NCBI GenBank assembly: GCA_051362555.1
Contig: CM120646.1
Span: 15,748,001-15,812,000 of the forward strand
DNA: 64,000 bases
Origin: Lingula anatina
Lineage: Eukaryota > Animalia > Brachiopoda
Reading direction: 5' to 3'
Shown: positions 23,201-38,200 of the stretch, one piece after another
Layout of the letters: each line of letters starts with the position of its first letter
Position numbering within the stretch: position 1 is the first letter of the stretch
The notes under the pieces: generated by a model
The model's database searches: none
What the model was told of the DNA's origin: nothing
Seen by the model: only the letters and a program-made list of their open reading frames with translations
Translations under genes and position numbers: made by a program

Positions 23201-26200
23201 CTTAACAAAATAATCTTAGATTTTAACAACTAAGATAAGAATTACTTATTTGAAACACTCAATTTTTTACAGCATGTGATTTCTAATTTATGATAAAATT
23301 TATATAGTTTTTCAATTTGTTTTTCTTATTTAGAACAAAGCACAGAAAAACAGCAAGTATTTGGAAGTGCAGATAATGGTGAAGGAGAGGCAGGTCAAGG
23401 TCAGGAGGCCAAGGCCACAGAGGGTGAAGGTCAAGAAACAACTGATGCTCCACAAGAGGATGAAGTGAAAGACAACACTGAAACAGAGGCAAAAACTGAT
23501 GAGGAGACAAAACCGGCAGAAGGGCAAGAAGAAACGCCTTCAACTGACACAGACCAAGCACCACCAGCTGAAGCAGAGGGAGAACAGGCAGCAGAAGGCA
23601 CAGCCACGGACCAAACAGAGGCAACAGGACCAACTGACCAACCACAAGCAGATGAAGCAACGCCAAATGAACAATCAGAAGAAGCTTCAAATGAGCCTGC
23701 CCCAGCAACAGATAATGAGCAGGCGGCCACTGAACAGGGCGAAAAAGGTGATGAACCAGATGCTAAACCAGACGAAACAGATGCCAAACCAGATGAAAAT
23801 ACAGATGCTCCTACAGAGGGTGCCCAGTCAGAGCAGAAAGAGGCTGGCCAATCTGATGAAAATGCCACCGATCAAGCAGAGGTGAAAGAAGAACCAACAG
23901 CAGAGGGAACATCAGAAAAGGCAGAGGAGGCCAGCACAGAAGCTGCTGAACAGTCAGAAACTGCAAAAGAGACTGGTGAAACAGCTGAAGACTCTCAGGA
24001 GACAGATGCAACACCAGCTGAGGCTGCAGAGCAGGGAGAGGCTGTGGAGACCTCTGGTGAAGCACAAGAGGAAGGCCAGGAACAGGAAGCTGCAGAGGAT
24101 GCTGGGAAGTCTGAGGAGCAGACGGCAGAGGAGCAATCAAAAGAGGGAGGAGAAACAACAGAAGGTTTGTCTGTATAGTCTATATTTACTGTATGCTTTA
24201 ATTACTGAATCTATGAAATTATGACTTAATTTTTTAAAAAATAATTTTAGTATTTATTGACTAATCCCTTATTCACATGTAACAAATTTTACATTCACTA
24301 CATGTATTTCCCACATGTTTTCAGGAGAAGGAACCAAGCCAAAAACTCCCAAGAAGCCAAAGACTCCCAAAGGTGTATTGCCGCCACCGCTGCCATCTCT
24401 GGATGATGGGGACGTGGAGGTGGCTAAGATGCCAGAGTTCAAGAAGCCGGCTGATGGCAATGACCCCAACACTAGAGGGGACGAGGAAGAAGTCCAGAGT
24501 GTAAGCTCCAAGGTGAGATATATTGATTTAATATGGTCACTAGTAAAAACTATATGTACTAGTATGTGGATAATAGACACTTTACCTTTTAAGAAAAGAA
24601 ACATATGCACATGACTATAACACTACCCAGATTATTCAACTCCCAAAACTGTCCTACAGTATATTGTTTGGCATTGAAAGCCTAAGCCTAACATAATATA
24701 CAGATGATAAATAACAAAATTAGGAAAAGTTTTCTACCTTAGCGGCTTGGCATTTTGATGCTTCATCGAAATTCAGGCCTTGATCAAATGATTGACTTGT
24801 CGGCATGAGCTCTGGAAGTTAGGACATCATTACTTACACACATTGCTGTTTCTATACTCCTTCAGATTGACGAGGAAGACCAGAGGATCCCCGATGACTT
24901 CTTTTACAATTATGAAGAGTTTATGTCCAAAGCCAGAGTTTCTGCTGACTCGGGCTTACCCCAAGACATCCTCACTCTCAAGTAAGTTGTGAGAACTCTC
25001 TTGCTGGTTTGCATACTTCAGCTGTGTTGGTGTGCTGAAATAATATAAAATCATATTATTTTATGTAATGTGAACAGAGCATTGCATTTGAAGTTCATTG
25101 CCCCTTCAATTGAGATTTTACCATTCTGGTTTATATTCATTAAAAATTAATAATATAAAGTTAAATTGATCAAATTATCAATTTACAATATCCTTCCAGG
25201 CACTCATTTGGTTTTGATGCCCAGAAGAGGGACAATCTTCACATCATCGACCCTAACACCATCATGTTCATAGCTGGTAATGTGGTAGAGATCGTGGACC
25301 TGAAGACCAAGGCACAGACATACCTCAGGAGTACTAGTGGGGGCGGTATTGGAGCCATAGCTGTAAGCATACTACACATACTCTGGGATGATGTTTCTTT
25401 TAGTGTTACAGTCAAATGTAAAAAATTTAACTTATTCAATGATTAGTTTAGCGAAATTTTGTGAAATATTTTGCAAGGGTCATTAAATTAGTTAATTTGA
25501 CAATATCTTGTGCATTTTGCTAAAGTTTTTGTTTCGTTTGTGTTTTTATCTAAGGGTGTTGTTTCAAAGTCATTTGTATAGAGGGTTTTTTTTCTCTCTT
25601 TTGATATCTTGTAAAATGTCAAAAGAAACAACTAAAGATTTGCCACAAAATTACTTTTCCCAAAAATCAAACTAAAATTCAATTTCTATTCCTATAAAGA
25701 CCAACAGCAAGTAAAGAAATGTAATTGTACTATTTTAGGTCCATCCAAGCAGGAAATATTTTGCCGTGTGTGAGAAGGGCGAAGCCCCCAATATCCTGAT
25801 CTACACCTGGCCTGACCTGAGACTGTACAGAGTACTGAGAGGAGGCACACAGCAACTGTACAGCTATGCTGACTTCAGGTAGGACACATACACCAGAGAC
25901 ATACAGTGTATCTCCATCACGTATTTGCTTTTTATATGACATAAGTAAAACTCAAATAAGACAGGTGTAAAAAAATTGTTGCAGCTGTATGACCTATATC
26001 TATTTAGTGTAATCTTAAAGGCAGAAAAGGGTTATAAGAAATGCAGGAAGACGAGAAGAAAGATAGAAAAAATGAAGGTTTATATGAAAGAAAAATAAAA
26101 GTCAAATATTGATAAGTCTTAGAAGAAAGACATGAAAGCTGGAAGAGATGTGAAAGATGTACTAAGATGGGTTGGAAAGAAAAAAAAAGATGACTGGAAA

Positions 26201-29200
26201 TGGATAAATAAATATTGGATAAATAAATAATAATGCCATAACTTTGTTTTCCCTCCTCTCCAGCCCTGATGGTAAGATCCTGGCCTCAGTGGGAGGAGAG
26301 CCTGACTTCATGCTAACACTGTGGAACTGGAAGCAGGAGAAAACACTGCTCAGGTCCAAGGCTTTCTCCCAGGATATCTTCAGGGTCAGCTTCTCCAATG
26401 ACCTGGAGGGACAACTGACCTCAGCTGGCACTGGACACATCAGGTAGGCAAAGGGGCTGTTTTGTTTTATTGCCACTGCTTTGTATTCTAAATTTTAAAT
26501 GTTTTGAAATTTTGCCTGATTAGAGAATTATTTAAAATTTTAATTGATTAAGTCATTTATTTATTATCTCCTTGGGAGAAGGCTATTTTTAAGCAAATTT
26601 TAGTCACAGAAGCATGTTTACATAAGGACATGGATTATATGATGGTGATTCTTAATTTTCATATATTCTAGAATTATTTGTATAACAGCTTGCATAAGAG
26701 TTTTACTACTCAGAATTCAATGTTCTGAGAGTTCTAACAGTTTTTAACTGAAGCAGTCAAGATGACGGTAAAGCTGCTTTATCTTCCCAGGTTTTGGAAG
26801 ATGGCCAGTACATTCACAGGGTTAAAGCTGCAGGGTCAGCTGGGAAAGTTTGGAAAGACAGAGCTGACAGACATTGAGGGCTATGTGGAGCTGCCAGATG
26901 GAAAAGTACTGTCTGGGGCCGAATGGGGAAACATGCTGCTCTGGGACGGAGGGCTGATTAAGGTGGGTTTAGCATTGCCTTATTACATAGCAAATTCAGT
27001 GTATAGCATATTTCTTTAAGATTAATTGAAACTTAAAGTCATAAGGCATAAGGAAATTCATTTGTATAATATACAAGTAGTTGACTGTGTGGTTTCTCAT
27101 CACTCAAACATACATTTAAATACACACTTAGTGTTTCTTTATTGTTTATAAAAAATACCTGTAGCTTCGTTCCTTGAAGAAGCTGTCTTGTTAAAACTGA
27201 AGTATTGAGGTGGAAATAACTGAAATTTAGCTCTTGTTTGAAGAAACTGCCAGTGTAATTTGTTTATCTATATCAAAGGTTGAGATTTGTCGTAAAGACA
27301 AGAAGCCGTGTCACCAGGGACCTATCCAGCAGATCATCATGGACGAGGGGGAGCTGATGACTGTTGGCACAGATGGCTGTATTAGGGTAAGAAGATGGGG
27401 GCACTGGGTTTAAAATGCAGAAATTTATATTGGCAACCTGAGATTTAAAAAAAAAAATTAACTGATCATAATAATAATGATGAAAGAAAAGAAAATGATG
27501 TTACTTTTGCATATAAACAAATTTCACTTTGTATTTGAATTCAGTGTGAGCGTAGTTTTCAACCACAAAATATACAAAAAAAAAAAGAAAAAAAAGAAAC
27601 AAATGCACAAAAAAGGATAAAACATTGATTTTATTATGCTTGTGATTAACCATATTTCATTTCGTATGATCTAAATTAAGTGCTAAACGGTCCCATACAG
27701 TGCCCACTGGTACTGGAAAGCACCAAGGTTATTTAAATACTGAATTTCCCCCCCCTTTTCCTTCTCCAGGTGTGGGACTTTGAATCCATAGACACAGCAG
27801 ACAGCACAGATGAGGAGGGTCGCTTTGAGATGGAGCCCATGAATGAGCTGAAGATTGGCCATGGCCATGAAGTCAGCCTGAGATGTATCAAGAAGTCAGT
27901 AGATCCTGATGAACCCACCATTTGGTATGCCCAGGTCAGTGAGGGGGTCTTTTTGTATCTATTTTTAAACTGTTAGAAATGGTAAATTTTAACTTAAATT
28001 TGTTTTTATTTCGTTTATTTATTTTTTGTTTAATTTTACAGTATTATTTTTATTGATTTATTGGTTGATTGATTTGCAAATGCATAAGTTTTTTATAAAT
28101 TTCCAAAAAAAAAAAAATAAAATAAATAAATAAATGAACAAAAAATAGGGAAAAAAAAGATTATCTCCCCCCCTCCCCTCCCTCAAAAAGCAACTGCTCT
28201 TATTCCATATGTACCTATGCTATATTCCAGGACTACAATGGTGGTATCTGGAAGTTGGACCTGTCGTTCTCTCACACCTCTCAGCCCCCAGAGAAATTGC
28301 TGTCCTATCACTCTGGCCCCATCACTGGCTGCTCCACGTCCCCAGTCAGCCACCTGGTGGCCACCATAGGACAAGACAGTAAGTACAGCAGGAACCTGGT
28401 TCATGAAGGAATTTTTAGTTGGAAAATTGGTCTTACATTTGGTCTTTTAGTAACTCGAGATAAATCAGTAGTAGTCCAACTAAATGAATATTTGTGTCAG
28501 ACTTTGTTTTGTAACAGGAAAGACAATTGTCATACCAGATAAATATTTTAGAAATACTTGATTTACACTTACTTTTATTTTCCAGAATCTCTGCGTATAT
28601 ATGACTATGTGTCCAATCAGAGTGTGTGTGAAGTGAGGTATAACATGGGAGGATCCAGGCTCATATGGGCTCCTAGAACTGTAAGTGCTAAAAGAAAAAA
28701 AAGATGTTTGAAATGTAAGTGAAAGACAGATTATAGGTTTGTGTCAAGAATTATATTTTCACACAAGATAAACTCAGTTTTATATATACATTTGCTCCAT
28801 ATTTTGGCATGATTATGTGTATGTATATTGCTCTCAGGTTGCCAGATTTTGTGTATAGGATCTTATATGTTAATGCTAAAATAGTGTTACTTTTTATATA
28901 GATCCACCTATAGCTTGATAAAATGATTATGTTTAAATTAGTCATCTTGTCATATTTTAATTCACCCATTAAAAGTATATATTGCAAAACTTTATTAAAG
29001 CATGATATTAATTAATTATATACTATATTTCTGTACAAATGAAACTTTCTTTGATTAAGAATGGAATTTTTTATTTCACATATTAGATATATAAGTATTT
29101 TATTTTTTCTTCAGATTGACCCAAAAGGTGCCACTCTGATAGCTGGCTATGATGACGGTGTGGTCAGAGTCCTACAGCTGGCCCAAGTGGACGAGAATGA

Positions 29201-32200
29201 CCCGGCACGCAGAGTTAAGGGGGACACAGAGCTGCTGCTGGTGGACGTCCTCAAGCCACACAAGGCCAAGGTCACTGCCCTGGCCCTGGACAATAAGGGG
29301 GAGATTTTGGCAACTGGGGTGAGACTTGACTACAATTCTACCATATATTCAAAATTATTATTTGAATTTGGATACAATCTGAATCAGTTTGCTTTATTAC
29401 TAGGCTTAATATTGTATTGAGTGAATTTACCCAGAATCTCATAAATTACTAATTTGTTTGTCTTATTTAGTTTTTCACAGTAAACAGTCCACTTTAATTA
29501 TTTGGTAATCTCTGACAATTACTCCTGATAACACAAAGTAGCCTGGTGTTTTCAGCGGAATTTTTATGAAAAAAATGAGAGCAGAATGAAATATTTTTTG
29601 TGATCATGACAAAGGTAGTGAAAAGTCAGATAATTTACCATTACAAGTCACACATGCACTAAAAACAAAGCCTTCTGTTAAACAAAGTGTAGTTTCCATA
29701 ACCATCACAAATTGTTTAATCTGTATTTTTATTTTCTTAGGGCAACGACTCCTCCGTGTTTTTCATCCATGTGAAGGACAGAGAGACCTTTGAACCTATT
29801 GGTTATGTGGAGATGCCAGGAGATGTGACACATCTGGAGTGGGCTCCAGGGAGCTTTGTAAGTATTTAGTGCTGTTAGTATGTACTTTAGGAATCCATTC
29901 ATTTTTCACATAAATAAACATGCTGTATTACTGCTGCTGTACACAGTGAAATATATTGCCCATGTTTTAGCAAATTGTCTTATTGGTACTGTCACAAGCA
30001 GCAGTTTCAGCACAATCATCAGACATATGATATTCTAACCAACAGTTTGTCACGTCTTTACAAGGGCTGTTTATTATCAAACCCTTGAACAATAGCTATA
30101 ATGTAAATTAATAAATGAGTTGCTGCATCATATTATTAATAATGCATGTGTGTCTGTGTACAGATGCATTTTTATCACCTGTCAGAAATTATTATCGCAT
30201 TTTAAAGGTGATTTTTATGATTTAATCTTTATGCGTTTTTATCACCTGTCAAAAATTATTATCGCATTTTTAAAGGTGATGTTTATGACTTAATCTCTAT
30301 GCTGTACCATACAGTGTCTTAGATGCTAAAAAAAACTTAAAAACAAAGAAGCATTGCTCCTGCTCTATAGTATTCCATTTTTTCATCTTCCAGAAGCGCA
30401 ACACAATCTTGGTAACGTGTGCCAACGGGGAGGTGTGTGAGGTGGAGGCACCAGAGCCAGGCGCCTTCGACACCTCCCACAGTTACCTGATCAAAGGACT
30501 GAAGACCAGGACACACACCTTTAAGAGTGTCAAGTCAAGACTGAGGGTATGCTGTTCATTACTTTGAATTGGGAAGAAAACAAATAATGGGTTCTGGGGG
30601 TTTATTTCACAAAAGATCTTTTGGACCAAAATTGTAGACTAAACTTCTAGACTAAAATTTTAGTCTATGACGTCAGATACAGTAGATCAGTAGTTCATCA
30701 ATTTAAATAAAATATTGAGTCTATTTTGTAAAGGGAGAGACATGACTAATGTACCTGAAACATGTTGTTCTTGTTGTTCAGATATTCATTGTATATTTAC
30801 TTAAATATTTCAGGCAGTTTTTTAATAGACATTATAAGCATTTTGTTGAGGTCAAAAAAAGTACATTTGAAAAACTTTCATTTTGTTGATTTCTATTTCA
30901 GCATGAAGAGGAGTTGGAAAGAAAGCGAATTGAAGAAGAAGAAGCAAGGAAGAAGAAAGAGGAAGAGAAAAGACGTAGAAGAGAAAGGGGTTTGGAAGAT
31001 GAGGAGGAAGAGGAGGAAGAAGAAGGTAGATATTTCAAACTGTTAGACATTATGACATGAAAATCAACATCTTATTCAAAGACTTGCATGGACAACTGTG
31101 GATGAATCTGTACAGAGTCAAAATAAATATGGCAATATTGTATTAGGTTATATTATGTCAACTGAATTTATGTTTTATTTAGCTAACATCAGTCATTGGT
31201 GTCTTTTTGAGTTGTGGAATTCTTTTAATTGGAATACTGCCCAAGGCATGAAGATAACACAACATGATTATAGAAATTTAACATGCTATACCTATGGCAT
31301 TGTATTGATATTATTATTATTTATTACTCCAGCCAAAGAAGAGGAGGAGTGGCACCCATACATTCCCTCAGAGCCCAACCCCATCCTGTATGCCTTCTAC
31401 TCTGGAGAGGACACCTTCTGGCTCTCCATGGTCAGTAACACACTGGGGACTTGAGTGCTTTGTTTGATATTATCACATGATACTAGGGGATATGAAAGGG
31501 ATAGTAGATGACACACTGGGGTCTGGAATGCTTTGATTAACATTAATAGTACACATGATACTGGGGGATAAGACGGGGATAATCGATGTTCAGTACAATG
31601 GGGAAGTTTTTTTGGAGTGACTTAGTGCAGCTGCACTGAATTCACTGACAGTCGGGTTATATCTTTGTGAGGCTGAACATAGGAGTTGCAGTGAATTTCT
31701 AGAATGATCAGATTTTTTTATTTCTTTTAGCAGCTCTACTCATTTGGATATTGTACTTCTGTTAAGTACTAACTGTCTCATATGTTTTTTAACATGATGC
31801 ATTCCAGGGTGAGGTATTCTCTTTCAAAACCTCCATTCATTTTGGTATTGTACTTCTGTAAAATACACACAGAGGCATATCATATATTTACATGTATTAA
31901 AACATGACATTCCAGGATGACTTTGATGCTGGCTATCTGTATGAGTGTAAGTTCCTGTCTGATGAGGAAAAGGCCACTGTGCCAGCAGACCAGCTGTATG
32001 AACCAATCAGGACCATCGCTGTGTTGGAATCCAATGATGTCCCCATAGACACCATGTTCTTCCAGTGAGTTACTGTCACAGTCTTCTCTCTCACACACAC
32101 AGACATGCACTCGTATACTCACACATGCACGCACGTGCATGCACACACACATGCACACACACACGTGGACTCCAATTGAGTCCTAATAGCCTACAAGTAA

Positions 32201-35200
32201 TTGGCAATATATATACTTAACTGCATCCCCCAAATGATGACTGACAAAGCATCTGTTCATGTTGTAATTTTCATGTTCCAGTAACGAGAAACAAGTGGTC
32301 ATGGGAATGATGGACGGCAGTGTGCGTATACAGCCACTGGAGGAGAAGGACATCGCTAACGCCACAGACTCATGGCAACTCAGCATGCACGACGGAAACT
32401 ATGGACGCGTGTCTCACATTGCAGCCAGCCACGATGGCAAGCACCTGTTTACTGTGGGAACAGATGGAAACTTCTTTGTGTACAACTACATGGGACAACA
32501 GGAGCTGGAAGACCAAGTGAAGGCCAATAAGGCCAAGATCCCCTCAGCCAGGGTAAGGCTTTGAAGATTTAATGGTCAAATCCAGTGGTAAAAATAATTT
32601 TGAGTACAGGTTTGATTTTATTTCAAAGATGCATACTCTTTTCTGTATTTGTTTATGTATTGCTTAAGATAGTAATAATTCAGTCAAGCCAGAAAATTGC
32701 TATGTCAAGCTGGTTAAAACGGCTTTTGTTCTTTTGATTTTTCCTTCAACAACTAATACGTTTTTATTTTTTCCATAATTGTATTTTTGTTTTATTGTTA
32801 CAGAAACAAGAACTGGAGAAGAGAGTAGATGACATAGCAGATGTGAATGCATACAGGTAGGCACCCCATGATCTGTATTATATCTGTATATAATCATTAT
32901 ATTGAATCATGCATTATATAATATGATTTGATATGATCTGATCAAAGTGTGATGTAAAATAAATGTTCAAATATTAAATATTACAAAAAAATTCCAATCA
33001 TGTCTGTTGTATGGGATAAACATATTTTTACATAACAACTTCCCTGCAATTATCACAACCAACACATCTGTTCTCAACCAACCATAATCTTTGCCACACC
33101 TAGCACAATCACACCCTGTTGTTCACACCATACATCTTACATTTCTGCAGTATTGAGGATGCCAAGCAGAAGGCTGAGCATGACAAGATGTTGCGCTTGG
33201 CAGAGGAGAAGAAACAGGGTGTGAGGAGAACCATAGGACAGCTGAGGAGAGAATTCAAGAAGCTTTTGGTCAAAAATGAAGAGTTACCAGAACACTTGAG
33301 GCTTATGAGAAAGGCATGTGTCACATTATTTCAGTTTTAGTCACTTTGTTTTCTATCTCTTTATTTGATTAGAATTTTTATTTTATTTCTTATTTTTGTT
33401 TTTGTATTTTTTTAAGTTATTAAAATTTAGATAAATTGTAAATTGACAGCAAAGCTATGGTAAGTAATTCTATGAAATGGCCCCTGTACATTTTGTTCAA
33501 CATAAATTTCTCTGGTCAGTTTACCAATGAAATACTAAAATAGTATTAATTGTGTATTGTAATTTCAGGAGTTTGAAATGGACCCTGAGATTAAGAGAGA
33601 ATTAGAAAGACAGAAGGAAGAAAAGATAGCACTGGTGAAGAAGGAGCTGGCATGGGAGTCAGAGAAACACCAGATTGCTTTGGATAAATTGAAGCAGAGG
33701 TAAGTAAATGGAGCAGCCAATGTAGAACTCCTGTTGTACAGTTATCTCAGTAAATTTATGATATGCTGTGAAAACTTTGTATTGTTCAGGATGCCAGTTT
33801 CATTAAACAAGAAGAAATGTGACTTGATCTATGTTTACATGTCAATAGACTGATGTAGGCCCAAAACTTAACAAGACTTTGTCAAGTATTAGCAAATCAG
33901 AGTTTGTGACATAGCAAGACAAATTGCTTTAGAGGAAATTACTTTATTTTCTTTTCTGCTTTGGGTACATAAATGCTGTAATACTTGGTATTTTCTCTCC
34001 AGATTCAAGTTGATGGTGGAGTGTGAGAGGATCGTGGTCAAGGCATTCCTCACGGAGCACGAGGTGACCAGTTTCAGGGCATCCAAGCTGCCGGATGACT
34101 TCTACACCCTGAAGGCAGAGATGGAGAAGAGGAAGACCAGCATGTACAGCAAGGATGAGAGCAGAGAAGCTACCAGGGACAGGGTCACAGGTAAGCATGG
34201 AATACCAGATTGGTCACAATTAAGTGTGGGGTACCTGGTGGATCTCAAGTAATAATGGGGGCTCTAGGTGGGTCACTGGTAAGGATGGAGTAACAGATGG
34301 GTCACAGGGAAGGGTGGGGTACCAGATGGGTCACAGGTATCAAGGGGTACCAGGTGGGTCACAGGTAAGCATGGGGAACCAGTGGGTCACAGGTAAGGGC
34401 GGTGTACCAGGTGGGTCTCAGGTAATAAGCGGGCACTAGGTCGGTTACTGGTAATGATGGAGTAACAGTTTGGTCACAGGGAGGGTTGGGTACCAGATGG
34501 ACAACAAGTAAAGATGGGGTAAAAAGTGGTTCACAGGTAGGGGACCTAGGTTAGTCACAGGTAAAGATGGGGCACGAGAAGGAGGAATTTTCACTAACAA
34601 CCCAGTGCTGTATTTATCTTTTGTATTTGGTATTTTAGAATTTGGTCCCATGGCAACCATGCCATTGTTAAATGTCATTATAGTTCTTATATTTTACCTT
34701 TCTCACCTTCAGGCCAGGCCAGGAAATCAGAGAGTGGGGGAGGAGCTGAGGGCGAGTCAGAAGAGGGTGCTGTCAAGACAGCCCTGAAGGGAAGTCTGGG
34801 AGAGAGAATTAACAAAGCTCTTCAGAAAGTGGAGGAGAAGAAAAAGAAGAGAGCCCAAAGAAAGGCACAGGTATGAAGACATTCTTTGATCTTTTTGGAC
34901 TGGATTTACATAATAAATACCATCTTGGGCTCAGTGTTTTATTCTTAGGTACAAAAAATTTATTTTTAAGTATATATTTCTATTGTATAATTTGGGATGA
35001 AAGAATTATGAATGTATTGATCAGAACTGATATTCACCAAAACTGCTTTAATTTGATTGAAAGTATTTTTTATGGGAGAAAAATATTTTATTGTTTAATT
35101 GAATATTTGGATGGGTTAAAGATATCAAAGTTAATCTTATATCTTATTCTAGTGGGATGAGCTGTACAACACAAAACCAGACGAGGATTATGAAGATCCT

Positions 35201-38200
35201 GCAGATGTGTCAGCCATTAAGGAAGCTCAGGAGAACATGGGAGACTTCAAGCTGAAGACGGCAGATGACTATGTGGTCCCAGACCACCTCAGGATGAATG
35301 TGGAGAAAGCAAGAGTTAGACTACTCATGCTCAAAGATTTGGTGAGTGTGGGATGTTCTATGATGTTTTGGAGGGGGGGGGGGGGGTAAGCTAGAGTGAA
35401 ACAAATTTAATTTTTTGTTAAGATATGCTGTTAATAAAGTAATGATATTCTTTTGGAGTTTAAAAAATATGGATATTTTAGAATTTACCAGGATATATAA
35501 ATTTCACATTAGTTTTAGATTAAAAAAAAAACAATTTGATCCACAGATATTAGCCACTCATTATGATTATGTGCAGCAATTCACCTCCTAACAACATTTC
35601 TATCTTATCAATATAGATCCATCAACACAAGTACAAGTTCAACCAGAAATTGCTGGGCCTGAGGAACACCAAGATAGAGCTGATAGACAGTATCAAGGAG
35701 CAGGTCACTGAGCTGGACAACCTCCAGAAGAAGCTGTCCCCTGAGCTGAGGAAGCCTGTCCCCAAGATCCCCCACATGAGCAGAGAGGAGATGCCAGAGA
35801 GGTCAGTTACACAGGATTGTTGTTGTTGTGCTACATTTGTTTGATTTATTTTATTCCCTTTAATTGATTGATTAAATTATTTCTTTATTTAATTAGATAA
35901 ATCATTAATTCATTGACTGGTTGATTCATCCTTGATTCATTAATGTATTTGCCTGTTTGTTTGATTTATTGATTCATTGGTTGATAAGTCAGTGTTGTTG
36001 ATTGGGTGATTGACCGATTATTTTCTTCATTAAATTCAGTAATTAATTGCTTAATACCATTGCTTAATTTGTTCATTTCAATTTCATATTATTAGGAGTT
36101 TCACCTGTATTTGTCATTGGTGTTTTGTTGCTGCTTTGTTTTTAGTCTGTCTGCAATTTTAAAGTCAATTCTAAACTCCTTTCACTATTTATTTATCACA
36201 GGAAGTATGAGTACACCCGTGAGACTCTATTGAAGTTCAAGGCAGAGCGGGAGGCTGAGGCCCTGGCTGCTAAGACTGGCAAGGACCAGGGGGATGGGTT
36301 CGGAGGTTTTGGTGGTGGTGGCGGTGGGTCTGACAAGGACTCCAGGGTAAGAATGATTAATGTAATATATAAGATAGAATTGATAGGTACTTAATTGTCA
36401 CCAAATACACCACAGAAGTGGTGATTATGTACAGTAACAATACCCATTTATAAGATAAATACAGGAATGAATAGGAATAAGCTGCCACTGCTGATTACAC
36501 ATCTTTCAAGATTACACATCTTTTTTAAAAAAGAAAAAAAAAATGGTAGCATGTGATCTGGTGACAAGGTTGTCTGAGGGGATTTATTTAGAGAAGAAAT
36601 ATTTCATGTTTAACCTATCCTGGTTCCAGCAATCCTCGGCCACCACCCATCGCGGCAAGTCAGCCAAGGCTGCACGATCCTCAGACCAGGACCTGTACAC
36701 TAAACTGGTGGAGGCTGAGTCCATCAAGTCTCCACTGGAGCTGCAGATCATGAAGGCTGAGGAAATCAAGTGAGGACAGAGTGTTATTATTATATAATAA
36801 CTATAATTGTAAAGATTGGTTACAAATGCTATTACTGCTGGCATATTGACATTGGTTAAGTGACGGAAACTTCTGCTGGTGAGGTTGGCGTAAAAAATAA
36901 CATACTGGTATTTCACTGCCAAATTAGTCACACAAAAAATGTGTTTTTATTGTCTTGCTACTAAAAATATGTCTGTTTAAATAGCAATGAAAGAAAGAGA
37001 GAAAAAATCCTTACCTACTGCTTTTATCATATAAATATAGAAAAAAATGGTAGAATAAGCAGTGAATGAAAAGATAGTGAAAGAAGATTTAGGACAATTA
37101 GAAAAATGATTAATTTTATTCTATTTTGGTTAAATCATTTGTTTGTGATGTGACAAGCATCTACATCATCGTCAACATCATCAACATAATGTATTTGTTG
37201 CTATTGCAGACTCCTGTACAGAAGAGACCAGCTGCTGAACAAGATCGAGGAGGCACTGAAGACATTTGATGCTGAGCTGAGGATGCTGAGACATGAGAAG
37301 TTCAGGCTGGGATATGACCTCAAGTGTGCTGACCTCAGGTAGGGGGACAAAAGAAGTTTAAGTTCTTTTTGACATTATAATCTAAAAGTGGATATCTCTT
37401 AGTAGATGTTAAATATAAAAATTTTATCATGTATGATATTGTTGATGATTCTCAGGCAAGTGACACTGTTTGAGGAGCTGGCACTGCTGAGAGAGTTTGA
37501 GAAGAGAGAGAATGTCCTGGCTGACAAGGTGGAGGCCAAACAGCAGGAGAAGATGGACTTTCAGGCAAAGGTAAAATATTATTATAGAAGTTGTATAGAA
37601 GATGTTTTCGTATTATCACACTATATAACAGTGATATAATACTGAGACAGTAAGTACATGGGACAGCAATATCCTGAAAACAATCAATCTTAGTATTATG
37701 CAGACAAAATTTAAACCTTACTGAATTTAAACCTTACTAAAGTTCTTCATAAACTGTCAACATAAATGCAATCCATGTCCCTGTAAAATGTCAAAACGAA
37801 CACAGAGTTCTCAAACGGGTAATTTTTGTTCCAGATCATCGACATCCAGCAGAAGTTGGACTTGAAGAAGAAGGACATCGAGAAGCTGCAGGAGAAGGAG
37901 AAGGCGCTGTACGCCATGTTCCAGGCCTCACTGGGAGACAACAACAAGTTTGCTGACTACCTGACCAAGGTGTTTAAAAAGAAGATCAAGAGGTCCAAGA
38001 AAAAGGAGGGAGAGGGGGATGGTAAGTTAGCTGAAATTTTATTTTTTAAGATCCAATGTTATTATAATGATGTAGAATCAACCAAAAGCTCTAATGGGTT
38101 GACCAGGTTGAGTATGTTTTGCTATGGCATTGATAAGTAACTTTTTGTGTTCAGCAAATGAATGTAACACCAAACAAATCCAAAGTTAATCTTAACTGTA

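Noticed and set aside
23283-24224. Multiple overlapping ORFs on both strands
   Set aside because: Shadow frames of the low-complexity acidic CFAP44 exon; the same applies at 13939-14190, 15220-15526 and 38335-38585.
30635-30668. Palindrome TAGACTAAAATTTTAGTCTA as a MITE or excision footprint
   Set aside because: Too short and AT-rich, with no TSD or second copy in the window.
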